This document shows, piece after piece, positions 45,605-57,550 of a stretch of 64,000 nucleotides of DNA. The notes beneath the pieces are model-generated. The model was not told the DNA's origin. It did not search any database and worked only from the letters and a program-made list of their open reading frames with translations. Within the stretch, counting starts at the first letter, position 1. Each line of letters starts with the position of its first letter. The DNA is taken from positions 1 through 64,000 of the forward strand of contig CAXHJY010000640.1 in NCBI GenBank assembly GCA_964016885.1. The letters run 5' to 3'. The stretch comes from Eledone cirrhosa. Its lineage: Eukaryota. The translations under genes were made by a program, and so were the position numbers.

Positions 45605-47873
45605 CACGATGACCAAAAACGTGAGGTGTTCAGAATTGCTAGGCAATGCGTCAAGGAAAACCATTATATTGTCGGGGAGAAGTGTGTACTTAACGATGAT
45701 GGCATACTTGCCATCACCGACACTGATAAGAAGGTAGCTTGGAAGTGTCACTATGAAAGGCTACTAAATGAGGAGAATAAATGGGAGAAAGACAGTCTCC
45801 CCCATATCGACCCAATAGAGGGACCAGCAGTGTTAGTCGAGGGGAGTATAATAAGTAAGGCAATCAAGGATATGAAGATGGGTAAGGCGGCTGGGCCTTC
45901 GGAAATAGTTGCTGAGATGCTGAAGGCATCTGGCACGGTGGGACACACCATGGTCACCCGCATAGTTAACCAAGTTGTACAGAATGGGGTTGTTCCGAAG
46001 GACTGGCATAGCAGCATCATCGTTAACTGTTATAAGGGTAAAGGAGACGCCCTAGATAGGAGTAACTATAGAGGCATTAAATTAATCGACCAGGTCATGA
46101 AGGTCACGGAAAAAGTAATAGCGCAACTAATCAGAGAGAGAATTGACCTAGATGAAATGCAGTTCGGGTTTGTGTCAGGCAAAAGTACCACAGACGCTCT
46201 TTTCATAGTACGACAACTACAGGAGAAGTACCTAGCTAAAGGTAAACCCCTCTACTTAGCTTTTGTCGACTTGGAGAAAGACTTCGACAGAGTCCCCCGC
46301 TCCATTATCTGGTGGGCTCTTAGAAAACTAGGCGTTGACGAATGGCTTGTGAGGGCTATACAAGCCATGTATAAAGAAACAGTCAGCAAGGTTAGAATTA
46401 ACAACGAATATAGTGAAGAATTTAGCGTAAAAGTTGGCGTCCATCAGGGCTCTGTTCTCAGCCCCCTACTATTTATTATTGCCCTTCAGGCTATAACAGA
46501 GGAGTTCAAGACAGGCTGCCCATGGGAACTCCTATACGCAGACGACCTGACACTCATAGCGGAATCAATGGCCGAACTAGAGAAGAAATTCCAAACATGG
46601 AAGCACGGCCTCGAGTCAAAAGGACTTAAAATTAACCTGGCTAAGACCAAAGTTCTAGTTTGTAGGAAAGAAAACAAGGCGGCAGTCCCTTCTGGGAAAT
46701 GGTCGTGCTCGGTGTGTAGGAAAGGCGTAGGTAGAAACTCCATTTTATGTCCTAAATGCAAAGTATGGGTGCATAAAAGATGTAGTGGGATCACAGGTAA
46801 GCTAACTAAGAACATAGATTTTACATGTGGCCGGTGTTCTGGTGCAATAAGTAGCAGCAAGTGCCCACAAAATACTAGCTCTTTCAATTGCGCAGAGGGT
46901 TCTATAGAAATAGTGGACAGCTTCCGTTACCTGGGCGATAAAATCAGCAGTGGGGGAGGGTGCTCTGAAAGTACTGTAGCTAGAGTCAGAACTGGTTGGA
47001 AAAAGTTCAGAGAGCTTATACCACTATTAGCTGCTAAAGGGTTCTCCCTAAAAATGAAAGGCAGGTTGTACGATGCCTGCATACGAACAGCAATGTTGCA
47101 TGGCAGTGAGACCTGGGCATTGTGTGCAGAGGATATACGCAGACTAGAGAGGAACGAAGCTTGCATGCTCCGCTGGATGTGTAACAGTAATATACGTGAA
47201 CGGCAAAGCATAAACGAACTAAGGAAAAAATTAGAGATAAGAGGGATCAGATGTTGTTTACTCGAGAGAAGGCTACGTTGGTATGGACACGTGATACGCA
47301 TGAAAGTCGATAGCTGTATAACAAAGTGCAGGGCAATAAAGATAGATTGTAGTCACGGAATAGGCAGACCTAGAAAAACCTGGGACGAGCTGATAAACTC
47401 CGACATCACACACTTACACCTCTCCAAGACAATGTCACTGGACCGAGACCTTTGGCGGTACTCAGTAACCGAGAAGACCCGCCTTACCTAAATATATAGT
47501 AAAACCTACTCCAGCCAGTAGGCATCTCTAACAAAATACACCCCGTCCCACCACCACCACCCCCACCCCATCCACACCACCCCGTTCTATGTAAAGTTAT
47601 GTTGGTACCGAAACAAATGAGATCGTGTAGGTGTCACGACAAAAAAACACACAGTCCACACTGTAATGTGGCCGTGTATGCAGCACGGTAAAAACCTCCC
47701 AGTCCCACACTGTAAATGTGGTTGGTGTTAGGAAGGGCATCCAACTGTAGAAAACCTGCCAGACAGTCCTATGCGAGCAAGACAATCACTCTTGCCTCAA
47801 GTGGGACTACCCCCATCCAAACCCATGCAAGCATGGAACACGGACGTTAAACGTTGATGATGATGATGATGAT
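45605..47873 (+). mobile_element. RTE family A, 5'-truncated copy A7 (partial ORF uninterrupted to 47491)
   Basis: [15 protein letters not shown]...EKTRLT*, covering the complete RT domain, followed by the 3' UTR and (ATG)n. Confidence 0.95.
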
Positions 47874-47974
47874 ATATGTGTGTATATATATATGTGTATA
47901 TATATATATATGTATATATGTAGATATGTATATGTGTATATATATATATGTGTATATATATATATATATATGTG

Positions 47975-48025
<51 letters not shown>

Positions 48026-48072
48026 GTGTGTATATATATATATATGTGTATATATATATATATATGTGTATA

Positions 48073-48105
<33 letters not shown>

Positions 48106-48145
48106 GTGTATATATATATATGTGTGTATATATATATGTGTATAT

Positions 48146-48377
48146 ATCATCATCATCATCATTTCATTTTACCTCCACTTTTCCCTGCTTGCAAGAGTGG
48201 GACGGGAACTGATTCTGGCTTGATTTCTACAGCTGGATGCCCTTCCTAACACCAACCTCATTTACAGTGAGTGCTGGGTGCTTTGTTGCCGGGCACCTCC
48301 ACGACCACTTTGCAGTGGAATGATAGAGACCGCAGTCCCTATCATCTCATTTCTACAGCTGAGTAAACTGGAGCAAT
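48146..48377 (-). mobile_element. 5'-truncated CORE-SINE with RTE-B-like tail
   Basis: 48301-48377 matches 1-77; 48215-48284 matches the RTE-B 3' UTR (40375-40444); (CAT)n tail. Confidence 0.88.
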
Positions 48378-48429
48378 TTATACACATATATATATTTGTT
48401 CCTATATATTTGTTGCTGTGCTCATGATT

Positions 48430-50155
48430 ATTTTGGCGTTGATAATCGAGTAATTAAGCTTAGATTAGTTGTAGGCAGGAGACTACTGACAATCATCTCT
48501 GCCTATGGCAGAGGCAGAGAAGAGAAAGACTGCTTTTACAAGCAACTTTTACAAACAGCCACAATGACAGATGACGGAAACATCGTTATGCTAGCAGAGG
48601 ACTTCAATGGTCATGTTGGAGAACTCCCGGGTACATGATGGGGACGGTTACAGCTCAAGAAATGAAGAAGGTGTGAGACTTCTTGAATTTTGTGATGCAA
48701 GTACACTGACTATTTGCAACACTAACTTCCAGAAACCTGCCAACCACCTAATAACCTAAAAATCAGGCGAGCACATAAGCCAGATTGACTTCTTACTAGT
48801 TAGGCAGCGGGACAGGCAGATGGCATCAAATACCAAGGCATACCCTGGGGAAGAATGTACCCCACAGCATAGGTTAGTCGTTAGTGATATCTCAGTAAGC
48901 AAGAGATGGAATGAGACATACAGGAAGGTTGGAGAAGAAATGTCTGGAAGCTAAAAGACCTTTCACTAAAATACAAATTTAGGAAAGCCCTTCAAGATGT
49001 GTATGACAGAGCTCCAACCAAACAGAGAGTACCTGGTGGTGGAACAGCACAGTAGAAAGGGCCATTAGAGACAAAAGACTAGCATGGAAAGCTTAGAAAA
49101 AGGGTGGGAGTAGAGAAGGATATACAGCCGCTAAGAGAGAAGCTAGACGTAAGGTGTACTTAGCACGCAGGGAGGTTGATAGTAGGAGGTTTGCCAATGT
49201 TCTGCGACGGGAAGATCAGAGGCGTGCAGTGTTCCACATTGCAAGGCACTGTGTCAATGCAAATCAGGATGGTATTGAAGATAAATGTGTCCGGAATGAT
49301 GCCGGTGTACTTAGTGTCACGAATGATCAGAAAAATGAGGCCTAGAAATGTCATTATGAGAGACTGATGAATGTGGAGAACGAATGAGAGAGAGATAAAT
49401 TAGCCTCAGTAGATCCGACAGAGGGACCAGCTATTGAGATTGACAAATATAGGACCCAAGGGGCGATTAAGGAATTGAAAAATGGTAAGGCTGCTGGACC
49501 ATCGGGGATAGTTGCTGAGATGCTGAAGGCATCAGGGGACGTAGGCACTAAACTGGTTGCATGCATCATCAATCAGGCTATATATGGTGATGTCATACCC
49601 AAAGACTGGTGCAGCAGTATTCTCATAAATTGCTACAAAGGTAAAGGGGATGCTCTGGAGAGGAGCAATTATAGGGGTATGAAACTGATGGATCAGGTTA
49701 TGAAAGTGGCAGAAAGGATATTAGCACAACTAATTAGAGAAAGGATCAAACTAGATGAGATGCATTTTGGTTTTGTGCCTAGAAAGAGTACAACATATGC
49801 CCTCTTCTTGGTGAGACGTTTACAAGAGAGGTTCTTAGAGAAAAATAAGCCACTATACTTAGGCTTTGTTGACCTAGAGAAGGCCTTTGATAGGGTACCC
49901 CGATCTGTCATCTGGTGGTCCCTAAGGAAACTAGGTGTTGAGGAATGGCTTGTGAGGACAGTGCAAACTTTGTACTGAGGTACTGTCAGTAAAGTCAGGG
50001 TAGGAATGGAGTTTAGTGAGGAATTCCAGATACAAGTAGGAGTACATCAAGGTTTGGTCCTCAACCTGCTCTTGTTCATTATAGTCCTCCAAGCCATAAC
50101 AGAGGAGTTTAAGACTGGCTGTCCATGGGAACTTCTCTATGCTGACGATCTGGCC
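48430..50155 (+). pseudogene. Old RTE LINE (third lineage), endonuclease to YADD, many stops and deletions
   Basis: [49 protein letters not shown] and [11 protein letters not shown]. Confidence 0.9.
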
Positions 50156-50340
50156 TGGTCTCACATGCATTAGAAATATGGTTTGGTCTCACATGTATTA
50201 GAAATATGGTTTGGTCTCACATGCATTAGAAATATGGTTTGGTCTCACATGTATTAGAAATATGGTTTGGTCTCACATGCATTAGAAATATGGTTTGGTC
50301 TCACATGCATTAGAAATATGGTTTGGTCTCACATGCATTA
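50156..50340. repeat. 28-bp minisatellite, ~6.6 copies
   Basis: Unit TGGTCTCACATG(C/T)ATTAGAAATATGGTT. Confidence 0.97.
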
Positions 50341-50704
50341 TGATGAAAAAATTTGTTTAAAATTATTTTTGCAATTAGCTGTAACTGGCTGCTCATACTG
50401 ATGTTAAGGGATTGTTCTCAAAATTTCATAGATTCAATATTATGTGAGGTAAATCCTTTACTGTGAAAATATACAATAGTAAATATGGAGTAATGTAAAT
50501 GCTAAATGGCTAAAAGACAAATAAACTTCCCTTAAACAAGAGAGATAACTCCAATAAAATCAACTAATTGATTGTTTTTAAGATTGCAAGTGGGAGTGGA
50601 TCATGTCATTAAACTCAACTAGTGAAAGCAACAAGTGTGTTTCTTTCAATCTTGTTAAATTTCATCAGTGAAGTATATTCACATCAGTTGACTTGACAAA
50701 AAAT

Positions 50705-52120
50705 ATCTATTCCCCAGCAGCCTTGCCTCATTTGAGCTTTTTAAGTGCTCTTGTGATCCCAGTCTCGAAGAGATTAGTTACTGCTCCCAGATGCATCAGA
50801 AGATGTTGTCGTGATCGGGTTTAGGAGATCAGCAAAGTATTCTTTCCATTTCATGAGAATGTATCTCTCCGGTGAGATAAGAACCCCTGGTGTTGAGGGG
50901 AACTTCTTATTACAAAGTCAGCTGATGGTCTGCCAGATCACTTTATTTGCTGATATGAAGTCGGATTCCAGCTTAACCCGAAAGTCTTCCCAAGTCTTAA
51001 CTTTGGGCACTTTTCTGTCTCTGTTGCGATTCTTCTTGCCTGCTCGTACCTCAAGTGCAAGAAGGAGGACTTATTTCCAAGCCAAGCTTTGTAGGCCTCC
51101 TTCTTTGCTCGAATGGCATCTTTGACCACTTGATTGAACCATGGGGTCCTCTTGCCATCCGATGTCACACTAAGCCTATTTTGCCTGCAGCAGTTAACAA
51201 CTGAAGCAAAAACTGCTTAGCTGAACAATCTCAGCATACTCAGTTTGCTCAGGGAGTTCCCTGAATTCAGATGCAATTGTATGTGTACCTGGTCCTGACT
51301 TTCTTATCCATCAATGCTCCTCACTTTATCCTGTATGTTGTCCTGGACCTGCCTGTTTTGTGGGCTTCTTTGGCTTTAGGTAATCTCAAGTTGCAGATAA
51401 CTAGATGGTGATCAGTTGACAGCTCAGCTCCTCTCTTAACATGGATATCCAGTACAGAATCAAAGATATCAGAGACAATAACAAAATCAATTATTGATCT
51501 CTGTCCTTGATTTCCCTAACCCCTTGTATATTTATAGATGTTTCTGTTCTGGAACAAGGTGTTCATAATAGAGAGTTCATTGTTAGAACAGAAGCCTAGT
51601 AAGGCCTCTCCATTCATATTTAGATTTGGTCGCCATTCCTTCCAATCACTCCTTTCCATGTCAGGTCGCATCAGTGCCAACATGTACATTGAAGTCCCCT
51701 TCAGAATACATGACTCAGTCTTAACTACATCTAATGCTGCAGTGACTTCATCAAGGAAGGATCTGTACTCAGACTCCCTGTTTAGTGCATAAACTCGCAC
51801 CACCCACAGAGACCTATTTTTCACTCTAAGCTTCAAGAGGCGAATCCTCTCTCCTAATGGGATCTGTTCCATAGCATATTCTGACAGCCAGGGACTTGTG
51901 AGTATCCCTACTCCTGCTTGTGCTGTCATTTCTGGCACCACACCTGAATATTGGAGTTTCCATCATATATCCAAATCTACAGTATCAGAGCTACGGAACT
52001 TTGTTGAGGATACTATGGCTATATCTAGCCAGTAGCATCTGGTCTCCTCCACTAGCTCCTGCTTCCTTACCTGTAAGGGTTGTGATGTTCCAGATTCCAA
52101 TTGTCAAGGTTGCTCCCTTC
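50705..52120 (-). pseudogene. Decayed LINE of a distinct RTE-type lineage (Expander/Rex3-like), endonuclease and linker
   Basis: IGIWNITTLTGKE, AQAGVGILTSP, LLGFCSNNELSIMNTLF, SIIDFV...LSTDHHLV, TPWFNQVVKDAIRAKKEAYKAW and GKAAG. Confidence 0.8.
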
Positions 52121-52569
52121 CAAACTGTCTTTGGTGTTTCAGGATACTCAATTTTGTGTTCCCATCCCATGCCTCCCAAGACAGTTCCCAATAGACTCAA
52201 TATATTTTTCGAACAGGTCCCTCTACCTGAATATGTCACCTGTTAACCCATGTAAAGGAAGATGTGGTATGGTTCCTCTCACCATATTGCAGTTTTGTTC
52301 TTATTTGTGCCAGTCACCAATCTGTTACTTTCTCAAAGACTAGGCTTTTTTAGAAGTGGTCTTTACTCACCTTGTCATAGCTACATCACTGGGTTGTGAG
52401 AGTTTTCATGGGAGCTACAGGTGTCATCCATTTCTTCATCTCTTGCTGTTTGTACAGGGTTGCTTATTCATCTGGCAGCTGCCTGCTTGTATCACTAACC
52501 ATCATATCTGGTGGCCATATCGCTATCTGTCACCTGCGACCCATTCTCTAGCAGAACATCTCTGCTTAG

Positions 52570-52604
<35 letters not shown>

Positions 52605-52689
52605 TGCATGTATGTATGTAATGTGTAAATATGCATAAATATATGTATATGTATACACGCACATACATGCACACATGCACACATGCACG

Positions 52690-52749
<60 letters not shown>

Positions 52750-52750
52750 G

Positions 52751-53015
52751 CTCACACTGTAAAGTGGTTGTGTAGGTGTCATGACAAAAAGCACCCACCC
52801 CCACTGTAAAGTGGTCATGTAGGTGTCACGTCAAAAATCACCCAGCACACACTGTAAATGTGGTTGGCGTTAGGAAGAACATCCAGCTGTAGAAACCAAA
52901 TCAAAAACAGTTCTGTATGAGCAAGACAATGTCATCTGACCCGATTTGCCTCAAAAGAGACAACCCATCTAACACATGTTAGTGTGGAAAATGGATGTTA
53001 GATGATAATGATGAT
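52751..53015 (+). mobile_element. Older RTE-type 3' UTR with three CACTGTAAA modules and a decayed (ATG)n tail
   Basis: Homologous to the family A and B 3' UTRs; GGCGTTAGGAAGAACATCCAGCTGTAGAAA. Confidence 0.85.
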
Positions 53016-56000
53016 ATATACATATATAATACAAGAGGTGTACTGCTACTGCCAATATATACATATATAAATACAAAATTGAAAAACATAAATGGGAATT
53101 GCATTCTTATATTATCTTGTAATACTTTAGCTATATTAACATGAATTTTTTCTTTCTTTTTTTTCCTCGTTTGTTATATTTTACAATTCTGATGTACAGC
53201 CCTTTGGGTTTGTATTGTACATAAAGAAATTTTTGACTAGAGAAAAGCAAAGTAGACTATCATTTATAGGAGAACTGAACATATTGTTTCAGCAATTATA
53301 GTAAGCCACTACTCTCATCTTGTAGCTGAAATGCTGTATTGATTTCTGAAGTGAAATAAAATGTTTTAGTTCTACAGTTTGTTTCCATTTCTAAAGGATT
53401 TTCATACATTAGCTATAGCAATAATAATGTTGGCCTTTTGACTAAGATCAAAAGCATTGAAAACCTACTAGGACTAACATTGGCAAAAACAAGAAAAGCA
53501 TTTAATTAATTCTGTGCTCCCCAGTACAATACATTTTATACATTATAAGTCTTTAAGTTGACATTTCCTTCTTTTTAACTTTTTTTTTATCTGTACTCAA
53601 ACTTGTTTCCTTCTCTCTTTCTCTGTCCCTCTTTCTCACATACACATTTGTAAAACCATCATTTGCATATTATATATACTTGTTGTTTAACTTCAGCTCA
53701 GTCTCGATTAAGCAGCACCAACCCCCGTTTTATTATATCTAGAGCTATAATATCCAAAGTGTACATTGTTTTGTTTTTTTGTTTTTTAGTTTTTTTTATG
53801 ATGATAGGATGTGATTTGAGAGATTTGGCTATTCTTTCAAGTACGTTGATTGCACAGAGGCACCCTACATTTGTTAATTTGATTGTATATACTTATATAA
53901 CATGTGTAGCTAAACTTCTTAAGTGCTACATATAAATTTTGCATGTTTGAGATCCACGGAACATCAACATCCTTTTTACTCACACTTAAATTCTTTCATA
54001 CTTTGACTCACCCTGAACATTGAACTTGTGTATTAATGTAGGAGACTCCCAGTTTATACTTGGAAAACTTATGTACATTTTTATATGAATTGTTATGCAA
54101 AACGGAGCTCAACTACATATTAACAGTTATATAGTAATATGTAGCATGTGAGCTGCATGTTTTGCTATTTCTTTTGTTAAGCTATATTATAAATATCATC
54201 TTAATAAAATAACAGATTTAATAAATCCCTTGAAATTCTTTGTTAATTAGTTGAAATATTGTGCATTTCATTGTGAATTTGTTCTCTCAATGATAGCTCT
54301 CTAGGTCAGCTATTTTCACCTACACCTATGATCAAAGACAATTCAAGTCTTTTCTTCAGACATAATATATATAGAACAACATTATGCACTTTGATAAGAC
54401 ACTATGGTGTGATTTGAGACACATTTTTATGATATTTCTAGCATGTTGTGTATATGGGCTTTTTTGTTGGCTTCTCTAATCTATAATATATGTATGCTGG
54501 TTCATTGGTCCACTGTCACATTTGACAACATATATATATAGAAGGTAAAAGATAAGAGAGAATTGACATATGGGTTAAAAGAAGAGTGTACATACTGAGC
54601 AGATTAGCTGTTAAAAAGAGATATAACCAAACAAATGTTATGCTGGTGTGTGTGTGTTTGTGTGCATGCAAACACATAGACACACTCATGCAAGTAATTG
54701 TCATTTGCTGAGCATTTGTAATAAGTTATGTTTTCTTTTCACCATTTCTGGAATGTACATATATGAAAATATATATTCCTTTTCTCAGTTTTTTGTTTCT
54801 TTTTTTCTTAAATTGTTGCTTTCTCTCTACATTTATAGTGTTTGAGCACAATAAAAATTATAAATTGTCTTAGCCAAATGCAGGTGTATGCAACTCATTT
54901 ATTTTTTTATTTATATATTTACTGATTTTTATTTATTTACTTACTACTTTTGCTGGTTTGAGAGCTGATGAGAGTAAAGATATGTGTCTGTGAACTTGTC
55001 TTGTACATTGCTTTTCTTGATTTCCTTCTTCCAGTCACTTCTGTGTGCCAACACACTTCTCCTTATTCTCTTCCTCTTTCAATCTTTTCTATATTTCATC
55101 TGCTTGTTACCCACCTCCTGGATTGTCTCTTTGTCAACCACTGGCCACTGGTCTCTGTCCTCTGAGGCATTTTTGCCCATTGCTGTCTTTGACAGCATTT
55201 GACTGTTTTAACTGCTGTTCTAGTGATGAGTTCTCTCATTTTTATATGAATTCAAATACACTCTTGCTGTATCTCGATCAGCGACAACAATGTTTATTCA
55301 TTTAACCTACAGTATATTTGAACTAATGACCTACCCTGTCAAACCTTATTTGTAAGGAAATTTCATCTAAGAATTGGATTTTGAAATAAATTACAGATGG
55401 CATGTTTGAGTTACATGTAAAATTGGTTTGTGATGAGTTTTCTAACACAAATTATAATAATTATAGAAATCTTTGTCAGGTTATTTGTATGATTTATTGA
55501 GAACAATATATAATTATGATGGCCTATTTTCATGTTAAGCTTCATCTTAGACCTAACTTTGCTTTAGTAGTTACTAATAATTACTTATTTTTGTTGAATT
55601 TTTATATTGAAATATTTATTCACTAATATATAATTAATTTAAGTAAGTGTTCTGCATAATACAGACATTAAGATCTCATGTATGTAATTTAGTGAGTTGA
55701 AAAATTTCATTCCTTAATGATCCGATTAATTAGTAGAATAAACTCCATTTGGGGATGTCTAAAATATAAAAACAACATAGGAAATAACATTTATAAGATC
55801 AGTTGATCAAAGGTTTTGGGCAATATAGACATAATTTATAGTACTATGGAGGTAAATAAGATTATGTAATATGTTACTTATCTATTATCATATTATTTTC
55901 GTTGCAATTGTCAACATTGGAGATGTATGTTAATCCATTGACCGGCAACATGTAGTCTTCTGAATAACACGCTGTTCAAACTAATTTCAGTTCTATACCT

Positions 56001-56569
56001 TGAGTGCTTGGAATTGATTAATTAACCATTTAAAAAAATATACTTGGTCACTAGCAATCTATTTTCTTTGGACTTTGCAGTGGTATGGTGGACATATATG
56101 TTGGTCAAACATAGACCACACCAAATTTAGTCCTCAATGCAAACACACACATATATATAAGCACAAAATAGCTTTGACAATCCCTTTATCATCCAATAAT
56201 GTACTTTTGTGAATCTTGGCCATTAGAATTAAAAATAACCACCTTGTTAATCTTCCTATTTCACTTTATTAATTTATCTAATGTAAATTTAGCACATAAT
56301 GTTTATAAGTTTTTGTAAACTTTTAATATTATAATTCTCATTATTCTTGCAACCTTATAACCTGTATCACTTTTATATCTTATTCTCCTATTCCTGTTTT
56401 TTTTGTTTTTTTTTAACAATTTACATAGGTCTGTTCCTCTCTATAGCAATTTACCCCTTTAACTACATACTATCTCACTAGGCTGGTTTTTAGGCCAATG
56501 CCCAATAGTACAGTTTAATACCTTATGACCTCTGTGGCAAAGAATCTTTGGTTGTAATTAATGAATGGC

Positions 56570-57550
56570 ATTTTCTAAGAACGTTATCCCATTACATTTC
56601 TTGTGTACCCAAGATTTACATTGTGCTCACTGTATGGACCTTATACCTACTCCTTTTCTACTTCTACATATTAAGCAGGGCCAATTCCCTGAAGGGGTCA
56701 GAGTCCTATCTTCTTTCATACCCACCACCACTTTTGTTTTGGCAAAGTTTAGCCTCAGACCTTTTGATTCCAAATTCCGTTTCCACAGACAAAACTAGTT
56801 TTTTTATGGATTTGGCTATAAGGACCAAATCATCTGCATAGAAAAATTCTCATGGACAGCCAGTTTTAAACTCTTCTGTTATGGCTTGGAGGACTATGAT
56901 GAAATACAGTGGGTTAAGAACCGAACCTCGATGAACTATCTGTACCTTGAATTTCTCACTAAACTCACTTCCTACTGTCACTTTACTGACAGCTCTGCAC
57001 ATGCTCTCACAGGCCATTCTTCTACACATAATTTCCTTAAGGACCACCAGATGATGGTTCAATGTACTCTTTCAAAGGCCTCTTATAGATCAACAAAAGC
57101 TAAATGTAGTTGCTTATTTTTGGCTAAGAACTTCTCTTGTAGTTGCCTCACTAAGAAGGGGGTATCTGTAGTAATTTTCCCAGGCATGAAACCAAAATGC
57201 ATCTCGTCTAATTTGACTCTTTCCCTAATTAGCTGCACTATAACTCTTTCTGTCACTTTCATAACTTGATCTGTTTTATTCCTCTGTAGTTGCTCCTTTC
57301 TAGAGCATCACCTTTGCCCTTATAGCAATTTATGATTGTCCTGCTGCACCAGTCATTGGGTATGACACCTGTATTTCCTGATTGACGATGCAGGTTACTA
57401 GTTTGACTCCTACTCCTCCCAATGCTTTTAGAATCTCAGCAATTATCTCTGACGGTCCTGCAGCTTTAGCATTTTTCATTTCTTTGATTGCTTCTTTGAC
57501 CTTATAACTGTCAACTTCAAAAGCTGGTCCTTCTGTTGGGTAATTTGGAG
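56570..57550 (-). pseudogene. Decayed RTE RT fragment, including PHD-finger remnant
   Basis: [36 protein letters not shown] and WVHKKC remnants. Confidence 0.85.

Noticed and set aside
50156-50340. CRISPR-like periodicity (also 10799-10927)
   Set aside because: Head-to-tail repeats without unique spacers, no cas genes, and a eukaryotic context.
54960-55005. CTGATGA followed by a possible stem
   Set aside because: There is no GAAA box or stem I/III pairing.
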